From positions 1 through 28,901 of the forward strand of contig JBDRRF010000040.1 in assembly GCA_043825875.1 (NCBI GenBank): a stretch of DNA of 28,901 nt. The letters are read 5' to 3'. This DNA comes from Pseudomonadota bacterium (lineage in GTDB: Bacteria; Desulfobacterota; Desulfobacteria; Desulfobacterales; RPRI01). Positions 17,724-25,643 of the stretch are shown piece after piece. Position 1 is the stretch's first letter. Every line of letters starts with the position of its first letter. The notes beneath the pieces are model-generated. The model ran no database searches. It saw nothing but the letters and a program-made list of their open reading frames with translations, and was not told the origin of the DNA. The position numbers and the translations under genes were made by a program.

Positions 17724-17953
17724 AAGAAGAAGCCTTGCTTAAAAGAATTACCATAAATCCAAATATAATGTTAGGTAAACCGATAATTAAAGGCACCAGA
17801 TTGACAGTGGAGTTTATTATAGAAAAATTGGCTTACGGTGCTACCTATAATGATTTAAAAGAAGATTATCCCTTCCTTGATGAAGATGATATCCGTTCAG
17901 CACTACTATATGCAGCAAAATGTTTATCCCACGAAGAAGTCTATGCAGCTTAA
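17720..17953 (+). CDS. DUF433 family protein
   Basis: RITINPNIMLGKPIIKGTRLTV...DYPFLDEDDIRSALLYAA; ATGA overlap. Confidence 0.9.
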   Translation: MKEEALLKRITINPNIMLGKPIIKGTRLTVEFIIEKLAYGATYNDLKEDYPFLDEDDIRSALLYAAKCLSHEEVYAA

Positions 17954-17982
17954 TGGGAATTGTCTTTAACCGGCAATCGTTT

Positions 17983-18049
17983 TTCTGCGACTCTGTGTAC
18001 TCTGTGAGAAACAAAAAAACATCTCGCAGAGCACACGGAGATCACAAAG
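17983..18049. repeat. Back-to-back family A cores (forward 17983-18009, inverted 18022-18049)
   Basis: TTCTGCGACTCTGTGTACTCTGTGAGA-aacaaaaaaaca-TCTCGCAGAGCACACGGAGATCACAAAG, followed by the palindrome TTATAGAAC-G-GTTCTATAA at 18052-18070. Confidence 0.9.
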
Positions 18050-18071
18050 ATTTATAGAACGGTTCTATAAC

Positions 18072-18179
18072 ATGACAGTTTACAAAAAAGAACTGATAAC
18101 ATACTGGATAAATAGTTCCGATAATGATTTCAAGGCAATGATACATTTTTTTGAAAAAGGTGACTATGCATGGTCATAA
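18072..18179 (+). pseudogene. Truncated HEPN-domain gene (N-terminal 35 codons)
   Basis: MTVYKKELITYWINSSDNDFKAMIHFFEKGDYAWS* resembles the first helices of MNT-associated HEPN proteins and runs straight into an MNT gene. Confidence 0.65.
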
Positions 18180-18480
18180 AGGAATTGCTCCTGAAATAGC
18201 AATCAAATACATAGATTTTCTAAAAACAAGAAATCATAGTATTAAAAAAACTTATCTTTTTGGTTCTTATGCCAAAGAAACGTTTACTGATGACAGCGAT
18301 ATAGATTTAGCTATTGTATTTGACAACCTTTCCGATACATTCGATATGCAAGTTCTTTTAATGAAGCTTAGAAGAAAGTTCGATAATAAAATCGAACCAC
18401 ATGCTTTCAGAGATTCCGATTTTAATACTTCTAACCCTGTGGCTAATGAGATATTTAAATATGGGATCGAAATTATTTAA
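18166..18480 (+). CDS. Minimal nucleotidyltransferase (MNT) domain protein; 5' end uncertain
   Basis: YLFGSYAK...DSDIDLAIV, IEPH. The TTG at 18151 lies inside the HEPN remnant, so the in-frame ATG 18166 is used. Confidence 0.8.
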   Translation: MHGHKGIAPEIAIKYIDFLKTRNHSIKKTYLFGSYAKETFTDDSDIDLAIVFDNLSDTFDMQVLLMKLRRKFDNKIEPHAFRDSDFNTSNPVANEIFKYGIEII

Positions 18481-18502
18481 CTGCTATTTACTATACCTCA
18501 TT

Positions 18503-18624
18503 TCAAAAATTCTTGAAAAAACTCTGTGACTCTGTGTACTCTGGGAGAAACAAAATATCTCACAGAGTACACAAAGATTCTTAAATAACAACTCTGTTAT
18601 TATGTATACTCTATTAAAGATAAA
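18503..18624. repeat. Family A forward core (18522-18548), inverted partial core (18558-18576) and a decayed forward copy
   Basis: CAAAAATTCTTGAAAAAACTCTGTGACTCTGTGTACTCTGGGAGA...TCTCACAGAGTACACAAAG. Confidence 0.87.
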
Positions 18625-18733
18625 GATAGCTCATGAGTTCATAAGCTGTTAAGCTCATAAATAACGATCAGATAGCGATCTTAGCTGACCGCTGACAACT
18701 TTCCTTTTTTTATATATAATTTGGAGAATAATT

Positions 18734-18982
18734 ATGCAGAATTTACTGAATCGTATTACCTTTGATAAAGAGGTGCTTTGCGGAAAACCTATTATCCGTG
18801 GCATGAGGATATCAGTTGAAATGATATTGGAACTATTGGCCAGAGGGGCTTCCGAAGAAGAAATTCTACAAGACTATCCACTTCTTGAACCGGATGATCT
18901 TCGTGCTGTATTGCTCTATGCCCATAGCATGGTAGCCAGTGAAAATATCTTTGATCGATCTACAGATAGAAAAGCTTCATGA
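18734..18982 (+). CDS. DUF433 family protein
   Basis: RITFDKEVLCGKPIIRGMRISV...DYPLLEPDDLRAVLLYA; SD GGAG. Confidence 0.9.
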   Translation: MQNLLNRITFDKEVLCGKPIIRGMRISVEMILELLARGASEEEILQDYPLLEPDDLRAVLLYAHSMVASENIFDRSTDRKAS

Positions 18983-19338
18983 ATTTCTTGCTGGATGTCA
19001 ATGCAAGTGGAGTCATAGCTCATTTGTTGGTTAGCCTTGGACATGATGTAGCCGAGGTAAACAATAAAGATCCAAGAATGAGTGACAATGATATTTTAAA
19101 CTGGGCTGTAAGAGAACGTAGAATTATTATTACTACCGACAATGATTTCGAAGAAATGATCTGGCGGCAAGGTATGCCACATTATGGTATCTTACGTCTG
19201 GAAAATTTACCAAGGCATGACAGATTAATTCTTTTGCGTGATGCACTTGATTTCCATAGTCATGATTTAGAATCCGGATCTATTGTTATTGCACTTAGCT
19301 CAAAATTTCGCGTTCGCAAACCACAGCCCAGGGATTAA
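18979..19338 (+). CDS. DUF5615 PIN-like protein
   Basis: FLLDVN, SDNDIL, IITTDNDF, GILRL; ATGA overlap. Confidence 0.87.
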   Translation: MNFLLDVNASGVIAHLLVSLGHDVAEVNNKDPRMSDNDILNWAVRERRIIITTDNDFEEMIWRQGMPHYGILRLENLPRHDRLILLRDALDFHSHDLESGSIVIALSSKFRVRKPQPRD

Positions 19339-19342
19339 CCTT

Positions 19343-19599
19343 CCTGCGAAGCAGTATGACAGTTTTCAAGAATTTTCCTCTTGAAAAATTCTTGAAAAAT
19401 AACTCTGCGACTCCGTGCTCTCTGTGAGAGATTAATTTGCAATAAATATATTCAGCCGCAGACAAACGCAGAAAGACATTTGGTGAATGTTCAATTATAA
19501 GACAATTTACCTGCGATAGCAGCATGTCAGTCTATTAAGAATTTTTCCTCTCAAAAAATTCTTAAAAAAACTCTGTGACTCTGCGTTCTCTGTGAGAGA
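19343..19599 (+). repeat. Two full-length family A repeats (about 168-bp period) with a family B left arm between
   Basis: CCTGCGA..GCAGYATGWCAGT-hairpin-core at 19343-19431 and 19510-19599. Confidence 0.92.
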
Positions 19600-19610
19600 C
19601 AAAAATCATA

Positions 19611-19994
19611 ATGGACATAAATAAAATATCTTCAGATATAATTAAAGCAGCAATAAACGTACACAAAGAATTTGGCCCCGGGCTATTAGAATCTGTCTAT
19701 CAGTCCTGTATGATTATCGAACTATCTGAAATGGGCATAAATGTAAAAGCTGAGGTCTCCATACCAATAACATACAGGGGAAAAGATGTAACAGACCAGG
19801 GCTTCAGGATAGATCTTCTTGTCGAAGATTCCCTCATTGTTGAACTTAAATCTGTTGAGCAGATCAAAGACATACATAAAAAACAGTTATTAACATATTT
19901 GAAATTAGCCAATAAACCTTTAGGACTCCTGATAAACTTTAACGAAATATTGTTAAAAGACGGGTTAACCCGTATTATCAATGCCCCACATTGA
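19611..19994 (+). CDS. GxxExxY family protein (PD-(D/E)XK nuclease-like fold)
   Basis: GPGLLESVY, RIDLLVEDSLIVELKSV, QLLTYLK...GLLINF. Confidence 0.93.
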   Translation: MDINKISSDIIKAAINVHKEFGPGLLESVYQSCMIIELSEMGINVKAEVSIPITYRGKDVTDQGFRIDLLVEDSLIVELKSVEQIKDIHKKQLLTYLKLANKPLGLLINFNEILLKDGLTRIINAPH

Positions 19995-19995
19995 T

Positions 19996-20067
19996 TGTCA
20001 GTCTTTTAAGATTTCCTCTCAATAATTCTTAATAATAACTCTGTGACTCTGTGTTCTCTGTGAGAGA
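19996..20067 (+). repeat. Family A repeat closing the second island
   Basis: TGTCAGTCTTTTAAGATTTCCTCTC...CTCTGTGACTCTGTGTTCTCTGTGAGAGA, ending 6 nt before ATG 20074. Confidence 0.92.
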
Positions 20068-20073
20068 TAAAAT

Positions 20074-20913
20074 ATGTTTGATTTCCGTCTGGATCGTTTT
20101 TTAACATTATATTTTTTTCATCCTATATCAAAATACGTCCAGAATAAATTTAAGATTCCTATCCTGATGTATCATAGCATTTCTGAAGAAAGCGAAGATC
20201 ATATACACCCTTACTACCGAACAAATACGTCTCCTGCCGTTTTTGCAGAACATATGAGATTCCTTTCCGATAATGATTACTCTGTGATTGATCTTAAGAA
20301 GTTGAAAGATTGCTTTGAAGCAAAAAATAAATTAACCAAAAAATTTGTAGTAATCACATTTGATGATGGATATCGCAATTTTTATACAAAAGCATCCCCA
20401 ATTCTTCAAGAATATCATTATCCAGCCACAATTTTTTTACCAACAGATTACATTGGGAAATCGTTCCAAGAAAGACCGTGTTTGACCTGGGTTCAAGTCC
20501 GAGAGCTAAAAAAATTAGGGTATCATTTCGGATCACATACCGCAACCCATCCAAAGTTGTACCAGCTTTCAATGCCAAAAATTCGAGAGGAATTAACACG
20601 TTCAAAAACACAGATTGAAGACGCTCTTGGGGAAAATGTATCTACTTTTTCTTACCCATTCAGATTTCCGGAACAAGACCTCAAATTTGTTAGACTTCTT
20701 AAAGAAGAAATAGAGTTTGTAGGATATAAGACTGGTGTTACTACTATTATAGGCTGTGCTGAAATTGGGATGGACCAGCTATTTCTAAAAAGACTCCCCG
20801 CTAATTCGTTCGATGATTCTGCCCTCCTTGATGCAAAACTTAAAGGTTCCTATGATTTCATGCATGTTGCACAATACGCTTTTAAAGCTATAAAAAATAA
20901 TTGGATCGATTAA
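20074..20913 (+). CDS. Polysaccharide deacetylase (CE4, IcaB-like)
   Basis: PILMYHSI, ITFDDGY, GSHTATHP, FSYPF. Confidence 0.9.
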   Translation: MFDFRLDRFLTLYFFHPISKYVQNKFKIPILMYHSISEESEDHIHPYYRTNTSPAVFAEHMRFLSDNDYSVIDLKKLKDCFEAKNKLTKKFVVITFDDGYRNFYTKASPILQEYHYPATIFLPTDYIGKSFQERPCLTWVQVRELKKLGYHFGSHTATHPKLYQLSMPKIREELTRSKTQIEDALGENVSTFSYPFRFPEQDLKFVRLLKEEIEFVGYKTGVTTIIGCAEIGMDQLFLKRLPANSFDDSALLDAKLKGSYDFMHVAQYAFKAIKNNWID

Positions 20914-20914
20914 A

Positions 20915-21883
20915 TTGACCACTCTTGACCTCTCAATAATTATCGTTAATTGGAACTCGAAAACATACTTACAGAAATGCATAGCATCGGTTTTACACAC
21001 CATAAGAGGTATAAAATACGAAATATTGGTCATAGATAATGCCTCTTACGACGGTACTGATGAAATGCTAAAGCAGCATTATCCGTCAATACATTATATT
21101 CAAAGTGATATGAACCTCGGTTTTGCCAAAGCAAATAATGAGGCCTTTCTATATAGTCGGGGAAAGTACATACTATTTTTGAATCCAGATACCGAATTCC
21201 ATGATAATTCAATTTGGACACTTTATGAAAATCTGCGTACACTTCCAAATACAGCCATGGTAGGTTGTAAAATATTAAATTCGGACAAAACCATCCAAAC
21301 GAGCTGTATCCAAGCATTCCCAACAATATTGAACCAGGTATTTGACTCAAATGCGCTCCGCAGATTTTTCCCTCGATCCAGATTATGGGGTATGAAGCCG
21401 TTATTTACTGATAGTGAACTACCAACAAAAGTTGATGCTATATCTGGTGCATGCTTAATGATTAATCGATCAGTCTTTGAAGATGTAGGAATGTTTACCA
21501 CTGACTATTTTATGTATTCGGAAGATGTAGATCTTTGTTACAAAGTAAGAAAAGCGGGGCAAAACGCTTATTATATACCGGCAGCAAAAGTCACCCACTA
21601 TGGAGGTACAAGTAGTTCGCAAAGCAATGTTAGCTCATTTTCAAGTGTTATGATGATGGAGTCACGATGGCGATATTTCAAAAAAAGACGATCTATTACA
21701 TATGCTATATTTTATAGATTGGTAATGTGTTTAGCAAGTATAGTTCGCATTGGAGTGATATTTTTAATATCTCCAATATACTTAGCAAAAGGGAGATGGG
21801 GCAGTATAAGAGATATGTTCAGGAAATGGGCTGCAAAACTTCGGTGGGCAATAGGTCGAGAAGGCTGGGTTAATCAACAATAA
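20915..21883 (+). CDS. GT2 family glycosyltransferase (WbbL-like)
   Basis: SIIIVNWN, DNASYDGT, NLGFAKANN, LNPDT, FMYSEDVDLC; TTG start. Confidence 0.88.
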   Translation: MTTLDLSIIIVNWNSKTYLQKCIASVLHTIRGIKYEILVIDNASYDGTDEMLKQHYPSIHYIQSDMNLGFAKANNEAFLYSRGKYILFLNPDTEFHDNSIWTLYENLRTLPNTAMVGCKILNSDKTIQTSCIQAFPTILNQVFDSNALRRFFPRSRLWGMKPLFTDSELPTKVDAISGACLMINRSVFEDVGMFTTDYFMYSEDVDLCYKVRKAGQNAYYIPAAKVTHYGGTSSSQSNVSSFSSVMMMESRWRYFKKRRSITYAIFYRLVMCLASIVRIGVIFLISPIYLAKGRWGSIRDMFRKWAAKLRWAIGREGWVNQQ

Positions 21884-21986
21884 ATAAGGTACTGTATACG
21901 AATAAATCATCAAGATCAGATAATAAAACAATAAAATAAATAGGGTTATATACCCCTCTTAAATTTACTTATAAGAAATTATATCA

Positions 21987-23264
21987 ATGCTCGGGCAACA
22001 AATCTTGATAGTTATAGCGATAGTTCTTCTCTTTGTACCAAGACGGTATGCAGTACTTGTATTTCTTTTTGGTGCATTGTTGATACCAAGGGGTGCCTGT
22101 TTTTTAGTGGGTACACTTAGCATCTTCCCGTCAAGATTTCTAGTTTTTGTAGGACTTATTAGAATGGTTATAAAAAGTGAATACCCCTTATCAATCCCTG
22201 TAAGAGAAGATTGGTGGGTATTGACTTTTTCAATAATATGTTTTGCAACGAGCTATTTCCATGTAGACCCAAAGGAGGCCTTCATTTTTAGCGGTAGTCT
22301 GGTTATCGATTCAGCAGGTACATATCTGCTCTGCCGAACATGGATAAAAAGTTGGGAGGATATAATAACATTGATAAAAGGTTCATCACTGCTTCTTTTA
22401 ATTCTTGCTATAACAATGACATATGAGAAAATTACCGATCATAACCTTTTTGCTTATTTAGGGCATTTACATGAGTACTCTGCGATAAGAGATGGTAAAA
22501 TAAGAGCTGCAGGCCCTTTCTCACATTCAATTCTAGGCGGTACAATGGGTGCCATATATTTGCCGTGGGTGGCCGCTATATGGCGGGATAATAAGCGGAT
22601 AGCTATAGCTATGCTTGTATGCATTGTAATGATTGTCTACGCAAGTACTTCAAGCGGTCCTATTCTTACTTTTCTTGCCGGAATGTTTGCATTATTTTTA
22701 TGGAAATATAGAGCAAATATTAGATTGATCAAGCGGGGAATCATCTGTATGCTAATCATGTTAGATCTTGTGATGAAGGATCGGGTATGGTTTCTGCTGG
22801 CACGCATCGATCTGACAGGTAGCAGCACCGGTTGGCACCGTGCAAAGCTAATTTCAAGTGCAATAGAACACATCAATGAATGGTGGCTGGCTGGCACTGA
22901 TTTCACGAGGCATTGGATGCCTACAGGAGTTAGCTGGAGCCCAGATCACTCAGATATTACAAACTATTATATTAAGATGGGCGTTATCGGCGGCTTGCCA
23001 CTGATGATCAGTTTCATAATGATTCTAAAGTACAGTTTTAAACATATTGGACAGACATATAATAAATTAGGTTCGCATATACCAGGCCGAGTTGAATATC
23101 AATTATGGTGTCTTGGTTCTACTCTTTTTGCTCACTGTGTAACACTAATAGGTGTAGGTTATTTTGATCAGTCTATAGTAAGTTTATATTCACTGGTTGG
23201 AATCATTGCCGCTGGTTGTATCTGTTTACAAAAAGAAAAAACGACTACAGAAGCATCTTCATAA
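21987..23264 (+). CDS. Multi-pass membrane protein, Wzy polymerase/O-antigen ligase-like
   Basis: Many hydrophobic segments, RAAGPFSHSILGG loop, position within the EPS operon. Confidence 0.7.
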   Translation: MLGQQILIVIAIVLLFVPRRYAVLVFLFGALLIPRGACFLVGTLSIFPSRFLVFVGLIRMVIKSEYPLSIPVREDWWVLTFSIICFATSYFHVDPKEAFIFSGSLVIDSAGTYLLCRTWIKSWEDIITLIKGSSLLLLILAITMTYEKITDHNLFAYLGHLHEYSAIRDGKIRAAGPFSHSILGGTMGAIYLPWVAAIWRDNKRIAIAMLVCIVMIVYASTSSGPILTFLAGMFALFLWKYRANIRLIKRGIICMLIMLDLVMKDRVWFLLARIDLTGSSTGWHRAKLISSAIEHINEWWLAGTDFTRHWMPTGVSWSPDHSDITNYYIKMGVIGGLPLMISFIMILKYSFKHIGQTYNKLGSHIPGRVEYQLWCLGSTLFAHCVTLIGVGYFDQSIVSLYSLVGIIAAGCICLQKEKTTTEASS

Positions 23265-23308
23265 CATTCAGATTTTCATTTACCTAAAATTTATTAACAT
23301 ATGAAATT

Positions 23309-24250
23309 ATGGTGAGCTTAAAACACATGACAATCAATTCAAAGGAAAAAGATTCATATGTATTAATAACTCCGGCACGTAATGAAGAAAAAAATATTGT
23401 TAAAACAATTCAAGCTATTGTTACGCAGACTATTTTACCTTTAAAATGGATAATCGTGAATGATAATTCTACTGACCAAACCGAAGAGATAATAAAAAGA
23501 GCTGCGAACACATATTCCTTCATTAAGCTCTTAAATGCATCTGAAGAGAGAACAGAACGAAGCTTTGGTTCAAAAGCATTAGCATTTCGCAGAGGATATG
23601 AAGTAGTTAAAAATATACAATTTGATTATATCGGAAACTTAGATGCAGATGTGACAATGGAACCCAATTACTATAACAAAATAATAATGGAGATGTTAAA
23701 AAACCAGAGGCTGGGTGTAGCAAGCGGAGTAGTCTGGGATAAGACATCTAACGGATTCATTAGGACAATCTCAAGTCTCAATCATGCTGTTGGAGCGGTT
23801 CAGTTCTGGCGCAAAGAGTGCTTTGAAGCTATAGGAGGATATCGCCCTGTATCAGTTGGCGGAATTGACTCCATTGCTGAACTAACTGCACGCATGAAAG
23901 GGTGGGAGACAAGATCATTTGCTGATTTGCCGGTCTATCATCATAAACCGGTTGATTCCGCAGGAGGAAGAACAGGAATGAGGATAGCTTACCGCGCGGG
24001 TCAAACGGAATACCACATTGGCTCCCATCCTTTATTCGCTGCGCTAAAAGCCATAAGGCGCTGGAAGCAATCGCCTTTATTCCTTAGCAGCATAATAAGG
24101 ATCGCTGCTTATGCAAAATTATGGTTTAAAAAGACACCTAGAGATGCACCGGCTGAATTGGTTGCATTTTTAAAAAAGGAACAGATGGCTTTGATAAAAA
24201 ATATATTGCTAATTCGAGGAAGCAATTACGATCGATACCGTACAAGATAA
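23309..24250 (+). CDS. GT2 family glycosyltransferase (paralog of 16138-17007)
   Basis: YVLITPARNEE, NLDAD, RKECFEAIGGY, ARMKGW. Confidence 0.88.
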   Translation: MVSLKHMTINSKEKDSYVLITPARNEEKNIVKTIQAIVTQTILPLKWIIVNDNSTDQTEEIIKRAANTYSFIKLLNASEERTERSFGSKALAFRRGYEVVKNIQFDYIGNLDADVTMEPNYYNKIIMEMLKNQRLGVASGVVWDKTSNGFIRTISSLNHAVGAVQFWRKECFEAIGGYRPVSVGGIDSIAELTARMKGWETRSFADLPVYHHKPVDSAGGRTGMRIAYRAGQTEYHIGSHPLFAALKAIRRWKQSPLFLSSIIRIAAYAKLWFKKTPRDAPAELVAFLKKEQMALIKNILLIRGSNYDRYRTR

Positions 24251-24268
24251 CTACAGAATTGGATCGTT

Positions 24269-25639
24269 ATGAAAAATTACGCGCAACTTGGTTTTGAGAC
24301 AATTGTCTCACTTGTTTACAAAGCATCCGGCCTTGATGTATTTGGAAGGTTTTCGTGGTTGCAGAAGTCTCTCGCTTGGACACCAAAGCAGCGCTATGAT
24401 TGGCGCTTGAAGCAATTGAATACCATAATTAAATTTGCATGGGAGCACGTACCATTTTATAAGGAGTATTGGGGTGATCATGGCGTTTCTTTTCAAACGC
24501 TGAAATCCATGGAAGAATTGCAAAAATACCCTATACTGACCAAGGATATATTTAGATCAAACTGCCGGAATATTCGTCCTGATAATATGCAAAAGATACG
24601 GCATAGAGCATGGCATACAGGCGGCACAACTGGTCAGCCGGTCCATTACCTTCGTGACATGGAACAGTGGACCATTGCAGAGGCTTTTCACCTCTGGGGA
24701 TGGACCCAGATGGGTTATGTTTTCGGAGATCCAATTGGTGTTATTGCCGGGGGCTCGTTAATTCCAGAGCGAGGTAAACTACCTGCCCATATAAGGGGGC
24801 TGATGCACAGGAAGCTTTTTCTCTATGGAGTTGCGATGGATCAAAGTATCGCAAGTAATTACTGTAATCAACTTCGAAAGCATGGATCAAAATACCTCTA
24901 TGGTTATCCTTCAATATTATATCTTTTCGTTAAACATTTATCTGACTTAGGCATGTCGCTTCCAGGTATTAAGGCAGTAGTAACTACTGCTGAGATGTTG
25001 CAACCCCAATATCGTGACAAAATCGAAAGCGTTTTGGGGTGTCGTGTATTCAACAACCTTGGATGCAATGATGGTGGCTTCGAGTCATACGAGTGTTCCC
25101 GGCATGATGGTTTTCATTATAATGATCTGCAATCCGTTTTAGAAGTAGATTCTGAAGAACGGTCAGGTAAGGGAAAACTTCTTATAACTAATTTGTGGAA
25201 TAGATCCACTCCATTTATTCGATATGAAAATGGTGATATTGTTGAATTGCGAGATCAGCTTTGCTCGTGCGGTTGTGCATTCCCTTTAATAAATTCAATC
25301 CAAGGACGAACCGCAGATATCCTGACTTTTGCCAATGGCCGATCGCTTGCAGGACCAGCGTTAACACTTATCTTTGGTACCATGGAAATCGATGGCTGGC
25401 AGATAGTGCAAACTGATCCCGACCGGTTGGAAGTCAGAATATGCTGTCAATCGGAGATAAAACCTGACTACATAAATCTTATTCACACAGTACTGAAACG
25501 ATATCTTGATGATGTGCAAATTATTATAAAGAGAGTCGATAAATTAGAAACAACTAAAGGAGGAAAATGGAAACCCATCTGGTCCGAAGTTGAATTTGAA
25601 GATGTGTCCACTGTCAAGAAGGAATGGGCACGAGAATAA
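24269..25639 (+). CDS. Phenylacetate-CoA ligase/CapK-like adenylate-forming enzyme
   Basis: HTGGTTGQP, YGYPS, TTAEML, PFIRYENGD, QGRTAD. Confidence 0.85.
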   Translation: MKNYAQLGFETIVSLVYKASGLDVFGRFSWLQKSLAWTPKQRYDWRLKQLNTIIKFAWEHVPFYKEYWGDHGVSFQTLKSMEELQKYPILTKDIFRSNCRNIRPDNMQKIRHRAWHTGGTTGQPVHYLRDMEQWTIAEAFHLWGWTQMGYVFGDPIGVIAGGSLIPERGKLPAHIRGLMHRKLFLYGVAMDQSIASNYCNQLRKHGSKYLYGYPSILYLFVKHLSDLGMSLPGIKAVVTTAEMLQPQYRDKIESVLGCRVFNNLGCNDGGFESYECSRHDGFHYNDLQSVLEVDSEERSGKGKLLITNLWNRSTPFIRYENGDIVELRDQLCSCGCAFPLINSIQGRTADILTFANGRSLAGPALTLIFGTMEIDGWQIVQTDPDRLEVRICCQSEIKPDYINLIHTVLKRYLDDVQIIIKRVDKLETTKGGKWKPIWSEVEFEDVSTVKKEWARE

Positions 25640-25643
25640 GATC

